Below are positions 1 to 7,341 of a stretch of 20,000 bases of DNA, one piece after another. The stretch lies in IMG/VR virus record IMGVR_UViG_2811995017_000002, positions 44,651-64,650 of that record, one strand, 5' to 3'. A model generated the notes under the pieces. It saw only the letters and a list, made by a program, of their open reading frames with translations. It was not told the origin of the DNA and did no database searches. Within the stretch, counting starts at the first letter, position 1; each line of letters begins with the position of its first letter. The stretch comes from an uncultured virus (IMG/VR IMGVR_UViG_2811995017_000002) (taxonomy: Duplodnaviria > Heunggongvirae > Uroviricota > Caudoviricetes). The position numbers and the translations under genes are program-made.

Positions 1-294
1 TTTTTCGTCGATGAGCTGAAAAAACAGCTTACACACGCTGGCTATCCGGCAGACACTCGCGTAAAGAAAGTAAAACACCGCAGCCGAAAAGAGCTCCGTA
101 TCGAGGCGCTATTGCCTTCGATCGAAAACGGAACAATCAAATTCGATCGGAAGCACGCGCTTTTGCTTGAACAATTCGAGCAGTACGGCACGGGCGCCCA
201 CGATGACGTTATCGATGCGTTAGAGATGGCGGTTTCGGCCGTTGTGAAGTCGCGTAGAAGAAAAGGCGGCAACGTTGGAAATTACCGTTACTGA
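1..294 (+). CDS. terL: Terminase large subunit, C-terminal nuclease domain (5' truncated by the window edge)
   Basis: Frame 1 is open from base 1 (FFVDELKKQ...KELRIEALLPSIENG...GAHDDVIDALEMA). The HDDxxDA motif is typical of the TerL RNase H-like domain, and the gene lies directly upstream of the portal. Confidence 0.9.
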   Translation, partial: FFVDELKKQLTHAGYPADTRVKKVKHRSRKELRIEALLPSIENGTIKFDRKHALLLEQFEQYGTGAHDDVIDALEMAVSAVVKSRRRKGGNVGNYRY

Positions 295-309
295 AAGGAG
301 GCGTTTTAA

Positions 310-1845
310 ATCGTAGTCATTGACAGAAATTTTATAAACCCGTTTCAATTTGTTCTCCCGATGGAAGAAGCGCTTGGATCGAAAGAATTTCAGCGCATTG
401 TTGACGAAATCAAGCTTTACCGACGCTACGAAGGCGATCTGAACGTTTGGACCGACTACGTTAAGCCGAAAGAAATCGATTATGAACCGACGCAGCTTAC
501 GATGAACTATCCGCGGAAGCTTATCGATTCGACTGCGGCCTGGCAATTCGAGAAGGAACCGAAAGTGACCGTTCCTCCGGACGTACTCGACGATCCTGCG
601 GACATGATTAAGCCGGGATATACGCCAAGTCCACTACAAGAGGAAGAAAACAGCCGGGCAAAGGCGAAAGAACGCTTGCTGACGTGGGTATGGGAAGAAA
701 ACCGGATGCACGAGAAGCTACTCGCAGCAGCAAAGGATCGCGCAATCAGCCGAACCGGCGTTTATGCTCGATTACATTACGATACACGCCGCGGAGAAAT
801 CAAAATACTGTGGCACCCGTCGACCGAAGTTATCGCAGTTCATAACGAATGGGATGTCGATCAACTTGACGAAGTTCATTTCGTTGCGTGGTTGGACGAA
901 GAACAGACGAAGCTTTGGAAACTTTCGTATTATCTCGTCTGGAACGGCGATGAAGATACCGGAAACTACGACTGTGAGATCGAAGAGGCGATCTACGATG
1001 ACGGGCTCAGTCTTGTCGAGAAACGAGTCGAAAGAAAATCGATGGGCCTCGACTTTATTCCGGTCATACACATTCCAACGGAGAAACTTTCGGGGCAGAC
1101 AAGCGGCTTCAGCGAACTTGAAAAGCTTATCGAAACGGCCGACGAGATTGACCGGAAGCTATCCGACTACTCGGACGCACTGAGATTCGAAATGTTCGCG
1201 ATCACTCTCTTAACAAACGTCGAGTACGATCCGAAAAATCCGTTTAAGATTGCGCCGGGAGCCATTTGGGACCTTGGCGAAACGAATAAAGAAATCGGAG
1301 AGCCTGACGCAAAGAAACTTGAAAGCGGATTTAAATTCAAAGAGGCGATCGAGGCGTATCTCGACCGTCTACAGAAGCGGCTTCACGAAATAAGTGAGGT
1401 TCCGATGGTTAACACCGCGGACATGAATACGGGCGGCATTAATGATATGGCACTCAAATTGTTGTACAGTTCGATTATTTCTAAAACCCAGCGAGCATGG
1501 ATCGTTTGGCAATCGCGGTTACAGACGTTGAATGAGTACATTCTGCGTTATATGAAAGCCCGCCAGGATCATCCTCGCTTTAAATATGAGAAGGAATGGC
1601 TTGCGCAAGTTGACGACAACTACGGAAGTAAAATCGTATTCGGGCTGCCGTTGCCGGAGGATCAAAAGGCTCTCGTCGAACAGTTAGGCGAAGAAATCGC
1701 CAACGAAATGGAGTCGATTAAGGGCGCGATCGTCCGAAGCGGTAAAGATAACCCGGAAGCCAAATTTATGGAGATTTTACAGGAACGAAACCTGAAAAAA
1801 CAGGCCGAAGATCCTTATAACGTAGCACCAGAATCAAACGAATAA
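310..1845 (+). CDS. Portal protein (SPP1 gp6-like); probable ATC start at 310, first ATG at 361
   Basis: About 500 aa acidic ORF after terL with portal-like segments (NYPRKLID, G.SELEKLIE..DEIDRKLSD..DAL). SD AAAGGAGG at 294-301 lies 8 nt before the in-frame ATC at 310; there is no SD before ATG 361. Confidence 0.88.
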   Translation: MVVIDRNFINPFQFVLPMEEALGSKEFQRIVDEIKLYRRYEGDLNVWTDYVKPKEIDYEPTQLTMNYPRKLIDSTAAWQFEKEPKVTVPPDVLDDPADMIKPGYTPSPLQEEENSRAKAKERLLTWVWEENRMHEKLLAAAKDRAISRTGVYARLHYDTRRGEIKILWHPSTEVIAVHNEWDVDQLDEVHFVAWLDEEQTKLWKLSYYLVWNGDEDTGNYDCEIEEAIYDDGLSLVEKRVERKSMGLDFIPVIHIPTEKLSGQTSGFSELEKLIETADEIDRKLSDYSDALRFEMFAITLLTNVEYDPKNPFKIAPGAIWDLGETNKEIGEPDAKKLESGFKFKEAIEAYLDRLQKRLHEISEVPMVNTADMNTGGINDMALKLLYSSIISKTQRAWIVWQSRLQTLNEYILRYMKARQDHPRFKYEKEWLAQVDDNYGSKIVFGLPLPEDQKALVEQLGEEIANEMESIKGAIVRSGKDNPEAKFMEILQERNLKKQAEDPYNVAPESNE

Positions 1846-1932
1846 CAACGTTCTTGACCTACGGTATTGTCGGTAAACTGCCGGTTGTTGTTATTCGTAA
1901 TCTACAGTCTACTCGGACTTTAAACGTGGAGG
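1838..1932 (+). promoter_or_regulatory. Putative cis-regulatory structured RNA in the scaffold leader (long stem, pseudoknot, and a hairpin occluding the SD)
   Basis: Perfect 12-bp stem 1838-1849/1887-1898. Inner stem TTGAC/GTCGG, whose loop CGGTA is complementary to TGCCG at 1879-1883. Second hairpin AGTC/GACT. Both inner stems are followed by NN-TAAAC. TCTAC can pair with GTGGA, which overlaps the SD. Confidence 0.6.
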
Positions 1933-1938
1933 TACGAT

Positions 1939-2664
1939 ATGCCGAAATTTTTACCTTTAAACCTACAATTTTTTGCGGAACAAACAGAACCGGAAGATCC
2001 TAACGCTCAACCTACGGCTGGGGAGCCGGAACCAAAACCGACAGAGCAACCGAAGTCACCGGAAAAGACGTTCACACAGGCTGAACTCGACGAAATTCTT
2101 AACAAGCGTCTTGAGCGCGAGAAAAAGAAGCAAGCCGAACTCGAAGAAAAAGCGAAACGCCTTGAAGAGTTAGAAAAGGCGGAAGAAGAACGAAAAAAAG
2201 CGGAAATGTCCGAAACTGAACGCCTGCGGGCCGAAAAAGAAGAAGCGGCTAAGAAGGCGGAAGAAGCAGCGGAGGCAGCTAAGAAAGCGCAGGAGTCGGC
2301 TAATCAGCGGATTATTAACACAGAACTCCGCGCAATAGCTCGATCTCTTAACGCAAATGATCCGAACCAAGTCCTCGCACTACTCGATAAATCTGCGGTC
2401 GAAATTGACGAAGATGGAAACGTAAAAGGAGCCGAAGAAGTGGTCGCTGCGTTTAAAGAATCCAGTCCGTGGATGTTTAAACAGCCGATCGGGGCCGACG
2501 CATCTGGCGGAAGCAACCCGGCCAAGAGCAACACCCAAACGGAGATTGTCGCGAAAGAGAAAGAATTGGACGAAACGAAAAAATTAGCGCTTAAAAATCC
2601 GCGTTATCTCGGAAAAGTCACAAAGCTCTACAACGAACTTCGAGAGCTAAAAAACAAACGGTAA
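1939..2664 (+). CDS. Capsid scaffolding protein (DUF4355/GP20-like)
   Basis: Lies before the capsid gene. N-terminal LNLQFFAE, P/E-rich linker, KTFTQAELDEIL motif and a long E/K/A coiled coil; SD GGAGG at 1928-1932. Confidence 0.9.
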   Translation: MPKFLPLNLQFFAEQTEPEDPNAQPTAGEPEPKPTEQPKSPEKTFTQAELDEILNKRLEREKKKQAELEEKAKRLEELEKAEEERKKAEMSETERLRAEKEEAAKKAEEAAEAAKKAQESANQRIINTELRAIARSLNANDPNQVLALLDKSAVEIDEDGNVKGAEEVVAAFKESSPWMFKQPIGADASGGSNPAKSNTQTEIVAKEKELDETKKLALKNPRYLGKVTKLYNELRELKNKR

Positions 2665-2667
2665 TTC

Positions 2668-2690
2668 AGTCGCCCTATGGCGGCTTTTTT
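2668..2690 (+). terminator. Intrinsic terminator-like hairpin between scaffold and capsid genes
   Basis: AGTCGCC-ctat-GGCGGCT (one G-U pair) followed by a T tract. Confidence 0.65.
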
Positions 2691-2721
2691 AATTACAAAA
2701 AATTATTAGGGGGATTTACAC

Positions 2722-3846
2722 ATGGCAGTTGCACAATCGTATGATTTCCAGCAACAAGTTCGCGACATGCAGGCGAACGTAGATTTAATTCTTACAAAGG
2801 CACCGGTTCTTTTCGGTTTGATCGGAACAGGTGAAGCCCTAACGCAAACAAAGTTCGAATGGCAAAACGATTACTTGAACAGCGACACAGCAATCGCTAA
2901 AGCTGCCGTAGCGGCCGATGCAACCGAAATCCAGTTGGACGCAGGCGACGCTCGCAAATTTACGGAGAATGCACTTGTGCAAAACGGTCTTGAAGTATTG
3001 CGCGTAACAAAAGTCGACGAAGCTGCCGACAAAATTACGGTCCAACGTGGATATGACGCGACTACTCCAGAAGCCATCGAAGCAAACGGAGAGCTGAAGG
3101 TTATTTCTCGTCCTCGTCCAGAAGGTGAGTCCGTGCTTAGAAAGAACGAAATCAATGACCGTATTGTATCGTTCAACTACTCTCAGATTTTCACTCGTTA
3201 CGCTTCCGTTTCTCGTACGCAACAACAAGTAAACACTTACGGAGTTGCTGACGAGCTTGACTACCAGGTTAACTTGCGTTTGCAAGAGATGGTTCGCGAA
3301 ATTAACAACTCTCTAATTTACGGCCGTAAATACCAAGGGTCTGATCTGCAACCTCGTACTTCCGGTGGCTTATTTGCGTTCGCTCAAGAACAGGGATCTG
3401 CTTCAAAAGATTTCGGAGGTAAGGAAATCACAGCAAAAGGCTTGAACGATGCTATCGAAGAAACTTTCAAACGCGGCGGACGTGTGAACACAGTTCTTTG
3501 TGCGCCGAACGTTTCTCGCCAGATCACTAAACTTGCGGGCGATACTATCCGTACAACTCGCGGAGAGGGTCAAGTCGGCTATCAGATCATGTCCTTCATG
3601 AGTGATCTTCCGGGCGGTGCAGTTTCTCAGGTCGTTGTCGATCAGAACATGCCTAAAGATCGCGCAGTATTGCTTGATCTCGATAATATCAAAGCACGTT
3701 ACCTGACTTCTATTTACGACCAAGATGCTACAGAACCGGGCGCTGACTACTTCGCACGCGTAATCCGAGGCGAACTTGGTTTCGAAATTAAAAACGCGAA
3801 AGAATCAGTAGCAATCCTTTCCGGAATTTCTAAAACTGTTTCCTAA
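2722..3846 (+). CDS. Major capsid protein (DUF5309/SU10-like)
   Basis: 374 aa gene after the scaffold. Motifs TKFEWQND, NYSQIF..ASVSRTQQ, E.NNSLIYG and R.SGGL resemble DUF5309-type capsid proteins; SD AGGGGG. Confidence 0.88.
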   Translation: MAVAQSYDFQQQVRDMQANVDLILTKAPVLFGLIGTGEALTQTKFEWQNDYLNSDTAIAKAAVAADATEIQLDAGDARKFTENALVQNGLEVLRVTKVDEAADKITVQRGYDATTPEAIEANGELKVISRPRPEGESVLRKNEINDRIVSFNYSQIFTRYASVSRTQQQVNTYGVADELDYQVNLRLQEMVREINNSLIYGRKYQGSDLQPRTSGGLFAFAQEQGSASKDFGGKEITAKGLNDAIEETFKRGGRVNTVLCAPNVSRQITKLAGDTIRTTRGEGQVGYQIMSFMSDLPGGAVSQVVVDQNMPKDRAVLLDLDNIKARYLTSIYDQDATEPGADYFARVIRGELGFEIKNAKESVAILSGISKTVS

Positions 3847-3852
3847 TTAACG

Positions 3853-3878
3853 GGGCCTTTCAAGGCCCTTTTTATTTT
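3853..3878 (+). terminator. Intrinsic terminator after the capsid gene
   Basis: GGGCCT-ttca-AGGCCC followed by TTTTTATTTT. Confidence 0.75.
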
Positions 3879-3897
3879 GAAAGGGGTGAGGCCGTAA

Positions 3898-4317
3898 ATG
3901 GCTTTAAGTAATGAAGACGTACAACGATTGAACCTTATTTCACCGGCTGCAAATGACCTGAAACTCGGAGAAATTATCCAAAGTTTGCTCGAGGCATCCG
4001 GAGGTCCTGTCGAAATTCCAGACGGTTCTATCACAACCGAAAAACTAGCGGACAATTCAGTCCTTAACCGTAATATCGGCGATGGCTCCGTACAAAACCG
4101 GAACATCGGAACCGGAAGCGTTCAAGAAAACAATCTCGGCGCTAAATCGGTGACTATGACGAAACTAGGCGACGATGTTAAATCGGCTTTGGACGGGAAA
4201 CTAACCGCAACAAAAGCGGCTACGCAAGCGAACAGCGCCGCAGCAGACGTCGACGGTTTGAAGGCCGATTTTAACGCATTGCTTGCGAAACTCAAAACGG
4301 CAGGATTGATGTCTTAA
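3898..4317 (+). CDS. Head fibre / capsid decoration protein
   Basis: Follows the capsid gene. The C-terminus ATQANSAAADVDGLKADFNALLAKLKTAGLM matches the head-fibre motif, and the centre has 10-aa repeats. Confidence 0.75.
   Translation: MALSNEDVQRLNLISPAANDLKLGEIIQSLLEASGGPVEIPDGSITTEKLADNSVLNRNIGDGSVQNRNIGTGSVQENNLGAKSVTMTKLGDDVKSALDGKLTATKAATQANSAAADVDGLKADFNALLAKLKTAGLMS
4024..4173 (+). repeat. Five degenerate 30-bp (10-aa) tandem coding repeats in the head fibre gene
   Basis: GSITTEKLAD / NSVLNRNIGD / GSVQNRNIGT / GSVQENNLGA / KSVTMTKLGD. Confidence 0.8.
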
Positions 4318-4508
4318 TGGCGGAATATAAGACGTTGCCAAACTACGAATTTATCAGAGATGGTCTATACATCGTCTTTAACGGATACGGCGTTTATAAA
4401 ACGAACGTTGAAAAGGAAATCGCAGCGCTCGATAAATACGATCCGTTCATTCAACGCGTGGATAAACCGGCGGCCAAGCCGAAAGCAGCGGCTAAACCGA
4501 AAAAATAA
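4317..4508 (+). CDS. Small hypothetical head-module protein with a Lys/Ala/Pro-rich tail
   Basis: TAATG overlap with the upstream gene. The 63 aa ORF fills the gap to the next gene and ends KPAAKPKAAAKPKK. Confidence 0.75.
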   Translation: MAEYKTLPNYEFIRDGLYIVFNGYGVYKTNVEKEIAALDKYDPFIQRVDKPAAKPKAAAKPKK

Positions 4509-4522
4509 CGGAGGTGATTCAT

Positions 4523-4861
4523 GTGGCGGTTGAAGATCGACTAAGAACGCGTTTATCACGAGTGCCGGGCGTCACAGCGGACGATATTGCCGCATGGACT
4601 GCCGAAGCTGTTAAAGAAAGCGGCCTGAATCCGGAAGAACATGAAAATGCCGTGCTGTTTTGCGCACTCGGTATCGCCTACGAAACGATTGCTTCGGAAG
4701 CGGCTCGGTTTTTTAGCTTCGGAGACGGCGAGGAAACGATCGACAAGACGAATATCTTTGCGAATTACTCGCAGCTTGCGAAAGACGCGAAGAAAGATTT
4801 CCGTAAGCAACTCCGATTACTGACGAGTCAAAGCTTCGCACCAAGGGCGGACGGACGATGA
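4523..4861 (+). CDS. Putative head-tail adaptor/connector protein
   Basis: Size (112 aa) and position. SD GGAGG at 4510-4514 favours GTG 4523 over GTG 4514, which lies within the SD. Confidence 0.6.
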   Translation: MAVEDRLRTRLSRVPGVTADDIAAWTAEAVKESGLNPEEHENAVLFCALGIAYETIASEAARFFSFGDGEETIDKTNIFANYSQLAKDAKKDFRKQLRLLTSQSFAPRADGR

Positions 4862-5667
4862 GTAAGCAGGCGGAACTAGAACGGCAGCTTAAAAAAGTAT
4901 CGATGGAATATCGAAAGTTTAACGCAGAGCAACAAGAATTCGCGATTAAGGAGATCGGCCGGATTCGGTTAGAAATTATCGACATGCTCTCGGAGTACAG
5001 CGGCAGCGACGGAACTATTAAGAAACAGCGCTTGAACAAACTACTTCGCGAGCTTGAGTCGATAGAGAGACTCGTACGAGATACCGGCATGGATGCGCTA
5101 AACAAAGTCATCTCGGAGACGGCATCATTTACGAACGACGGGATCAAAAAATCGTTGTCGGACGTTGTTGGTGCCGCAGCGATCTCCGGCGTTGCTTTCG
5201 ATAAGATCAACAAAAACGTGTTGCGCTACATGGTCAATCGGTTAGGAGCCGATGATCTCGTTTTGTCCGATCGTGTTTGGAACTTTGCCGGTGATCAGCG
5301 TGCCGAGCTTACGAAGGTTATTCGGTCCGGAATTATCCGGGGAGATTCGGTTAGTACGATCAGCGCCAATGTGCGAAAAGTCTACGACAATGATGCGTGG
5401 AAGATACGGCGTTTAGTTGTGACGGAAGGGAATACGGCGCATCGCGTCGCTACGGCCTATTCAGCGCAACAAAGCAAAGTCGTGCAGGCGGTTCGGGTTC
5501 ATCGCGGAAAGGCAAACCGCCCGGACCACCGATGTACACAGCTCGAACTCGAAGACCGTTACGGAATGGGACCAGGCCTATACAAACCGACCGATTCCGA
5601 AATCTACATGATGCATATTAATTGCACCGGATATCTGACGTATGAAATCGATCCGAAATACCTTTAG
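4858..5667 (+). CDS. MuF / SPP1 gp7-like minor head morphogenesis protein
   Basis: ATGA overlap with the upstream gene. Contains LSDRVW, RRLVVTE...A, and C-terminal HRC..L...D.YGMGPG.Y and HINCT (a variant of HPNCRC). Confidence 0.72.
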   Translation: MSKQAELERQLKKVSMEYRKFNAEQQEFAIKEIGRIRLEIIDMLSEYSGSDGTIKKQRLNKLLRELESIERLVRDTGMDALNKVISETASFTNDGIKKSLSDVVGAAAISGVAFDKINKNVLRYMVNRLGADDLVLSDRVWNFAGDQRAELTKVIRSGIIRGDSVSTISANVRKVYDNDAWKIRRLVVTEGNTAHRVATAYSAQQSKVVQAVRVHRGKANRPDHRCTQLELEDRYGMGPGLYKPTDSEIYMMHINCTGYLTYEIDPKYL

Positions 5668-5682
5668 AAAGGCGGTGGATGC

Positions 5683-6072
5683 GTGATTGATTCGTATGAT
5701 GTTGCGTTTATGAAACAGGCGCGTGAAGACATGGTCGGAGGGCGAACGCATGAGGTTACGGTAATTTATGAGGCGGGATTCACCAACGATCCGATTACTG
5801 ACGAGAAGAAACCGGTATATGACGAGATTAAGGTCTCGTCTGTAGTTACAGAAATCAGTTCGCAGGTCAAGATCGATCGGCAACTGCTGGATAGTATCGA
5901 AGTAGAGGGCGGAGACATCTGGTTCTCTGTCGCTATTGAACTGATTGCGGATATTTACGAGAATATCAAACGCGTTATCTATGATGGAAAAGACTACGAG
6001 GTCCTTTCGAAAGATAAGAAAGGAATCGGCGAACGGAATCATGCGGAGTTCGTTGGGAGGAGGATAACGTGA
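5683..6072 (+). CDS. Putative head-closure (stopper) protein
   Basis: 129 aa, GTG start with SD AAAGGCGG. Beta-rich, with a V.YDGKDYEV motif, and in the head-tail joining position. Confidence 0.55.
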   Translation: MIDSYDVAFMKQAREDMVGGRTHEVTVIYEAGFTNDPITDEKKPVYDEIKVSSVVTEISSQVKIDRQLLDSIEVEGGDIWFSVAIELIADIYENIKRVIYDGKDYEVLSKDKKGIGERNHAEFVGRRIT

Positions 6073-6425
6073 GGAACGGAAGGGTTCGTATCGATATAGA
6101 GGGCGTTAACCGAGTTGTTCGCGCCTTGGAGTACGAAGGTCTTGTACGCGATATCGGCAACACGACCGAGGCATACACACGAAAGATGGCGAATGAATCT
6201 GCGGATTATGCTCCGGTTAAGACCGGTAGGCTTCGTAATTCTATCGTCTCAAGTCCGGAAGAAATCGACCAGACAACGTGGGAGTACGGTTCGGACGAAG
6301 ATTACGCGAAGATTCAAGAATACACAAATAAAACGCATAAGGCGTTCATCCGAAAATCCGTATGGAACAACGAGCTGCCGTATACGGAGAAAATAAACAG
6401 CCTTGTCCGTCAGTTAGGGCGGTGA
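6069..6425 (+). CDS. HK97 gp10-family tail completion protein
   Basis: Signature APVKTGRLRNSI...YA..QEY...AFIRKS; SD GGAGG upstream of GTG. Confidence 0.85.
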   Translation: MRNGRVRIDIEGVNRVVRALEYEGLVRDIGNTTEAYTRKMANESADYAPVKTGRLRNSIVSSPEEIDQTTWEYGSDEDYAKIQEYTNKTHKAFIRKSVWNNELPYTEKINSLVRQLGR

Positions 6426-6862
6426 TTATTACGAAACAGATCGATTTACAATATTCGATTAAGCAGCATCTGGCGGAAAAGACCGGCTATAAAGTCGTTT
6501 GGATTTATGACGGCGTTACTTTGCCGGAAACGAGACCGTTCATTACGATCGAACAAATGCAAGACAATACGTCGATGCTTGCGAAATTACGTGAAACAGT
6601 TCGGACGATCTACCACTTTCAAGTCGGAGTTTACGCTAATTCAGCGACAGAACGAGCGGCTATTCAGGAGACAGTCCGGAGGATTTTCCTGTTCGATCGC
6701 TTCAAATTAATAGATGCGAATGGCCCGAGCAAAGAACTCGGGCTTTTTTGCGTGGATATGACGGCCGAGACACCTATATCGGCCGAGGATTTATCGGACA
6801 AAACGAACTATCATCGGGTCTTCTTTGATATCGAAGTAGACGCGACATACCAGGCTTACTAA
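6422..6862 (+). CDS. Putative tail terminator protein (start uncertain: GTG 6422 or ATT 6428)
   Basis: Lies between the gp10-like gene and the major tail gene. Contains the P.RPFITI and FQVGVYA pattern; GTGA overlap with the upstream stop. Confidence 0.65.
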   Translation: MIITKQIDLQYSIKQHLAEKTGYKVVWIYDGVTLPETRPFITIEQMQDNTSMLAKLRETVRTIYHFQVGVYANSATERAAIQETVRRIFLFDRFKLIDANGPSKELGLFCVDMTAETPISAEDLSDKTNYHRVFFDIEVDATYQAY

Positions 6863-6879
6863 ACAAAGGGGGAGTTAAT

Positions 6880-7341
6880 TTGGCAATAGAATATCGCGGT
6901 GAAGAGATTTTATTCGCGGTCGTCATTGATGACGAGACATCAGGCGAAAAACTTGTCCGTCCGTTTAACCAAACAGGCGGATCAACAAGCTCCGAGGCAG
7001 ATTCTATCGATTTGGACACGAAAGATAAGACCGGTAGTGATTACGGAAAAGTAACTCAAAATGTATCTTTCGAGGGCGTCATCACTGAAGGTGACCCGTT
7101 TGTAAAAGCAATGAAAAAGAAACAAAGAAAAAAAGAATTCGTGAAAATTTACGAGATTGATACGCGTACCAAGGAAGCGGAAGTTGGATTGTATATGATT
7201 TCTAATTTCGAGCGCGAATTCAGTAACGGGGACTTTGCGACTTACTCGCTTGAGGGATCACTAAACGGTGAAATTAAAGAGCAGACACTAACAGAGATTC
7301 CGGCGGGTGCGCCTAGCTCGGATACTCCAGCTACTCCCTAA
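6880..7341 (+). CDS. Major tail (tube) protein, TP901-1/SPP1 gp17.1-like
   Basis: TTG start with SD AAAGGGGGAG. Motifs QTGG.TS.EADSIDLDTKD and ATYSLEGSLNG; ends CCC TAA. Confidence 0.88.
   Translation: MAIEYRGEEILFAVVIDDETSGEKLVRPFNQTGGSTSSEADSIDLDTKDKTGSDYGKVTQNVSFEGVITEGDPFVKAMKKKQRKKEFVKIYEIDTRTKEAEVGLYMISNFEREFSNGDFATYSLEGSLNGEIKEQTLTEIPAGAPSSDTPATP

Noticed and set aside
320..349. Perfect -35 hexamer TTGACA upstream of portal ATG 361
   Set aside because: The best -10 is TTCAAT at 18 nt spacing, a poor match, and the site lies inside the probable N-terminal coding extension. It is not supportable as a promoter.
3838..3900. Possible frameshift or read-through fusing capsid to head fibre (TCC TAA; both genes are in the same frame)
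   Set aside because: The +1 frame stops at once (CCT AAT TAA), in-frame read-through meets another TAA at 3895-3897, and a terminator and separate SD intervene.
5400..5667. MuF polymorphic toxin
   Set aside because: The protein ends about 13 residues after the HINC motif, with no toxin domain or immunity gene.
7307..7336. GTG start of the track's 94-aa Fn3 ORF
   Set aside because: It has no convincing SD and lies inside the major tail gene; the +1 frameshift explains the ORF better.
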